Source: an uncultured Acidobacteriota bacterium
GTDB lineage: Bacteria > Acidobacteriota > Thermoanaerobaculia > Multivoradales > UBA5704
Assembly: GCA_963770895.1 (NCBI GenBank)
Contig: CAVYRF010000001.1
Location: 576,001 to 640,000 of the forward strand
Direction: 5' to 3'
Length of the DNA: 64,000 nucleotides
In this document: positions 62,698-64,000 of the stretch, one piece after another
Layout of the letters: the number at the start of each line of letters is the position of its first letter
Position numbering within the stretch: the first letter of the stretch is position 1
Notes under the pieces: model-generated
What the model saw: the letters and a program-made list of their open reading frames with translations, nothing else
What the model was told of the DNA's origin: nothing
Databases searched by the model: none
Position numbers and translations under genes: made by a program

Positions 62698-63987
62698 ATG
62701 GGACGCAAGCGGGTTCTGTGGCTGTTGGGGATCGTCGCCCTGGGCGGGCTGCTGGTCGGCTGGGTGCTGCTGCGCCGCGGCGGCGACTCCACGCCGGTGG
62801 AGGTGGCGAAGGTGGGCCGCGAGGACCTGCAGGCCAAGGTCACCGCCAACGGCAAGATCCAGGCGCAGCGCAAGGTCGACGTCTCGGCCACCATCGCCGG
62901 CCAGATCACCCGCCTGGCGGTCACCGAAGGGGACCGCGTGCGCCAGGGGCAGTTCCTGCTGCAGATCGACCAGGTGAACCCGCGGGCCATGGCGCGCGGC
63001 AACCAGTTCTCGATGGAAGCGTTGCAGCACGACCTGGAGTCGGCAAAGGCCAACCTGGAGCTGAGCAAGGCCGACTTGCGCCGCGCCGACGGCAACCACC
63101 GCGCCGGCATTCTGTCGGACGCCGACTTCGAAAAGGCGCGCGCCACCATGTTGAGCGCGCAGGCGGCGGTGGACGGCGCCCAGCGCCGCGCCGACCAGGC
63201 TTCAGCCAACCTGGACGCCTCCGAAGACACGCTGTCCAAGACCACCATCCGCGCCCCCATCGACGGCATCGTCACGTCGCGGCCGGTGGAGGTGGGCGAA
63301 GTGGCGGTGATCGGCATCCAGAACAGCCCCGGCACCGTGCTGCTGACCATCTCGGACATGTCGGCGATGGAGGCCGAGATGGAGGTGGACGAAACCTCCA
63401 TCCCCAGCGTCAAGGTGGGCCAGGAAGCGGTGGTGCGCATCGACGCCTACCCCAACGCGACCTTTTCGGGCACCGTCAGCGAGGTGGGCAGCAGCCCGAT
63501 CTCGGGCACCGCCACCGGCTCAACCGACGCCATCAAGTTCAAGGTGAAGGTGCAGATCAAGAACCCGCCCGCCGGCATCAAGCCGGGCCTGTCGGCGCAG
63601 GCCGACATCCTCACCGGCTTCCGCCCGCACGCCCTGGCGGTGCCGATCCAGGCGCTGGTGGTGCGCGAGATCGAGCACAAACCGGGCGTGGCGCCGCCGG
63701 CCAACGCGCCGCGCGAGCAGGAGGGCGTCTACCTGATGGAGGCCGGCAAGGCGCGCTTCCAACCCATCCAGACCGGCCTGATGGGAGACCTCACGGTCGA
63801 GGTGCGCAGCGGCCTCGAAACCGGCAGGACGCTCATCGTCGGCCCGTTCCGCGCCCTGCGCACGCTGCACCCCGGCGACGCGGTGACGGTGGCGCCCAAG
63901 CCCAGGAACGCCGGCGATCGCGGTGCCGGCGGCGGCGCCGGCTCCGGCTCGGACGACGGTGGCGGCGGCAGGGGAGGCGGCGGCTGA
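62698..63987 (+). CDS. Efflux transporter periplasmic adaptor subunit (MacA/YknX/HlyD-like)
   Basis: GGAGG RBS, N-terminal TM, V.EGDRVRQGQFL and IRAPIDGIV lipoyl halves, a helical hairpin, VDETSIPSVKVGQ and IKPGLSA. Confidence 0.93.
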   Translation: MGRKRVLWLLGIVALGGLLVGWVLLRRGGDSTPVEVAKVGREDLQAKVTANGKIQAQRKVDVSATIAGQITRLAVTEGDRVRQGQFLLQIDQVNPRAMARGNQFSMEALQHDLESAKANLELSKADLRRADGNHRAGILSDADFEKARATMLSAQAAVDGAQRRADQASANLDASEDTLSKTTIRAPIDGIVTSRPVEVGEVAVIGIQNSPGTVLLTISDMSAMEAEMEVDETSIPSVKVGQEAVVRIDAYPNATFSGTVSEVGSSPISGTATGSTDAIKFKVKVQIKNPPAGIKPGLSAQADILTGFRPHALAVPIQALVVREIEHKPGVAPPANAPREQEGVYLMEAGKARFQPIQTGLMGDLTVEVRSGLETGRTLIVGPFRALRTLHPGDAVTVAPKPRNAGDRGAGGGAGSGSDDGGGGRGGGG

Positions 63988-64000
63988 TCCCGCCGCGGCG

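Overview
A very GC-rich bacterial window (roughly 70%+ GC by eye). The domain repertoire suggests Acidobacteriota, possibly Thermoanaerobaculia, but that is inference. Layout: (1) 0.4-7.2 kb is a regulatory island with an ECF sigma factor, three TPR proteins (two with an N-terminal zinc anti-sigma-like Hx4Cx2C motif), an XRE-type HTH regulator, an 88-aa secreted propeptide and an unannotated 17-aa ORF with a perfect Shine-Dalgarno. (2) 7.4-14.1 kb is one run of uptake genes: an Fpv/Znu-like metal ABC transporter followed by a BtuFCD-like ABC transporter. (3) 14.8-46.6 kb is a minus-strand operon of about 32 kb: a ~6,600-aa secreted multidomain protein split by one frameshift near 41,655, a 3,881-aa signal-peptide-bearing pseudo-transglutaminase/Rhs polymorphic toxin, and a small putative immunity gene. 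(4) 46.9-58.2 kb is an accessory region with hydrolases, secreted proteins, two orphan Cys/Thr-rich RiPP-like precursors, a GT-C glycosyltransferase, a pseudogene and toxin-antitoxin-type modules, punctuated by four co-oriented copies of a structured non-coding repeat. (5) 58.4-64 kb holds a serine hydrolase, an arylsulfotransferase-like lipoprotein and a MacA-like adaptor. The best candidates for undescribed systems are the giant-protein/Rhs toxin operon, the peptide-TPR-ECF signalling island and the dispersed structured repeat. All family assignments come from motif recognition by eye; no database search was run.
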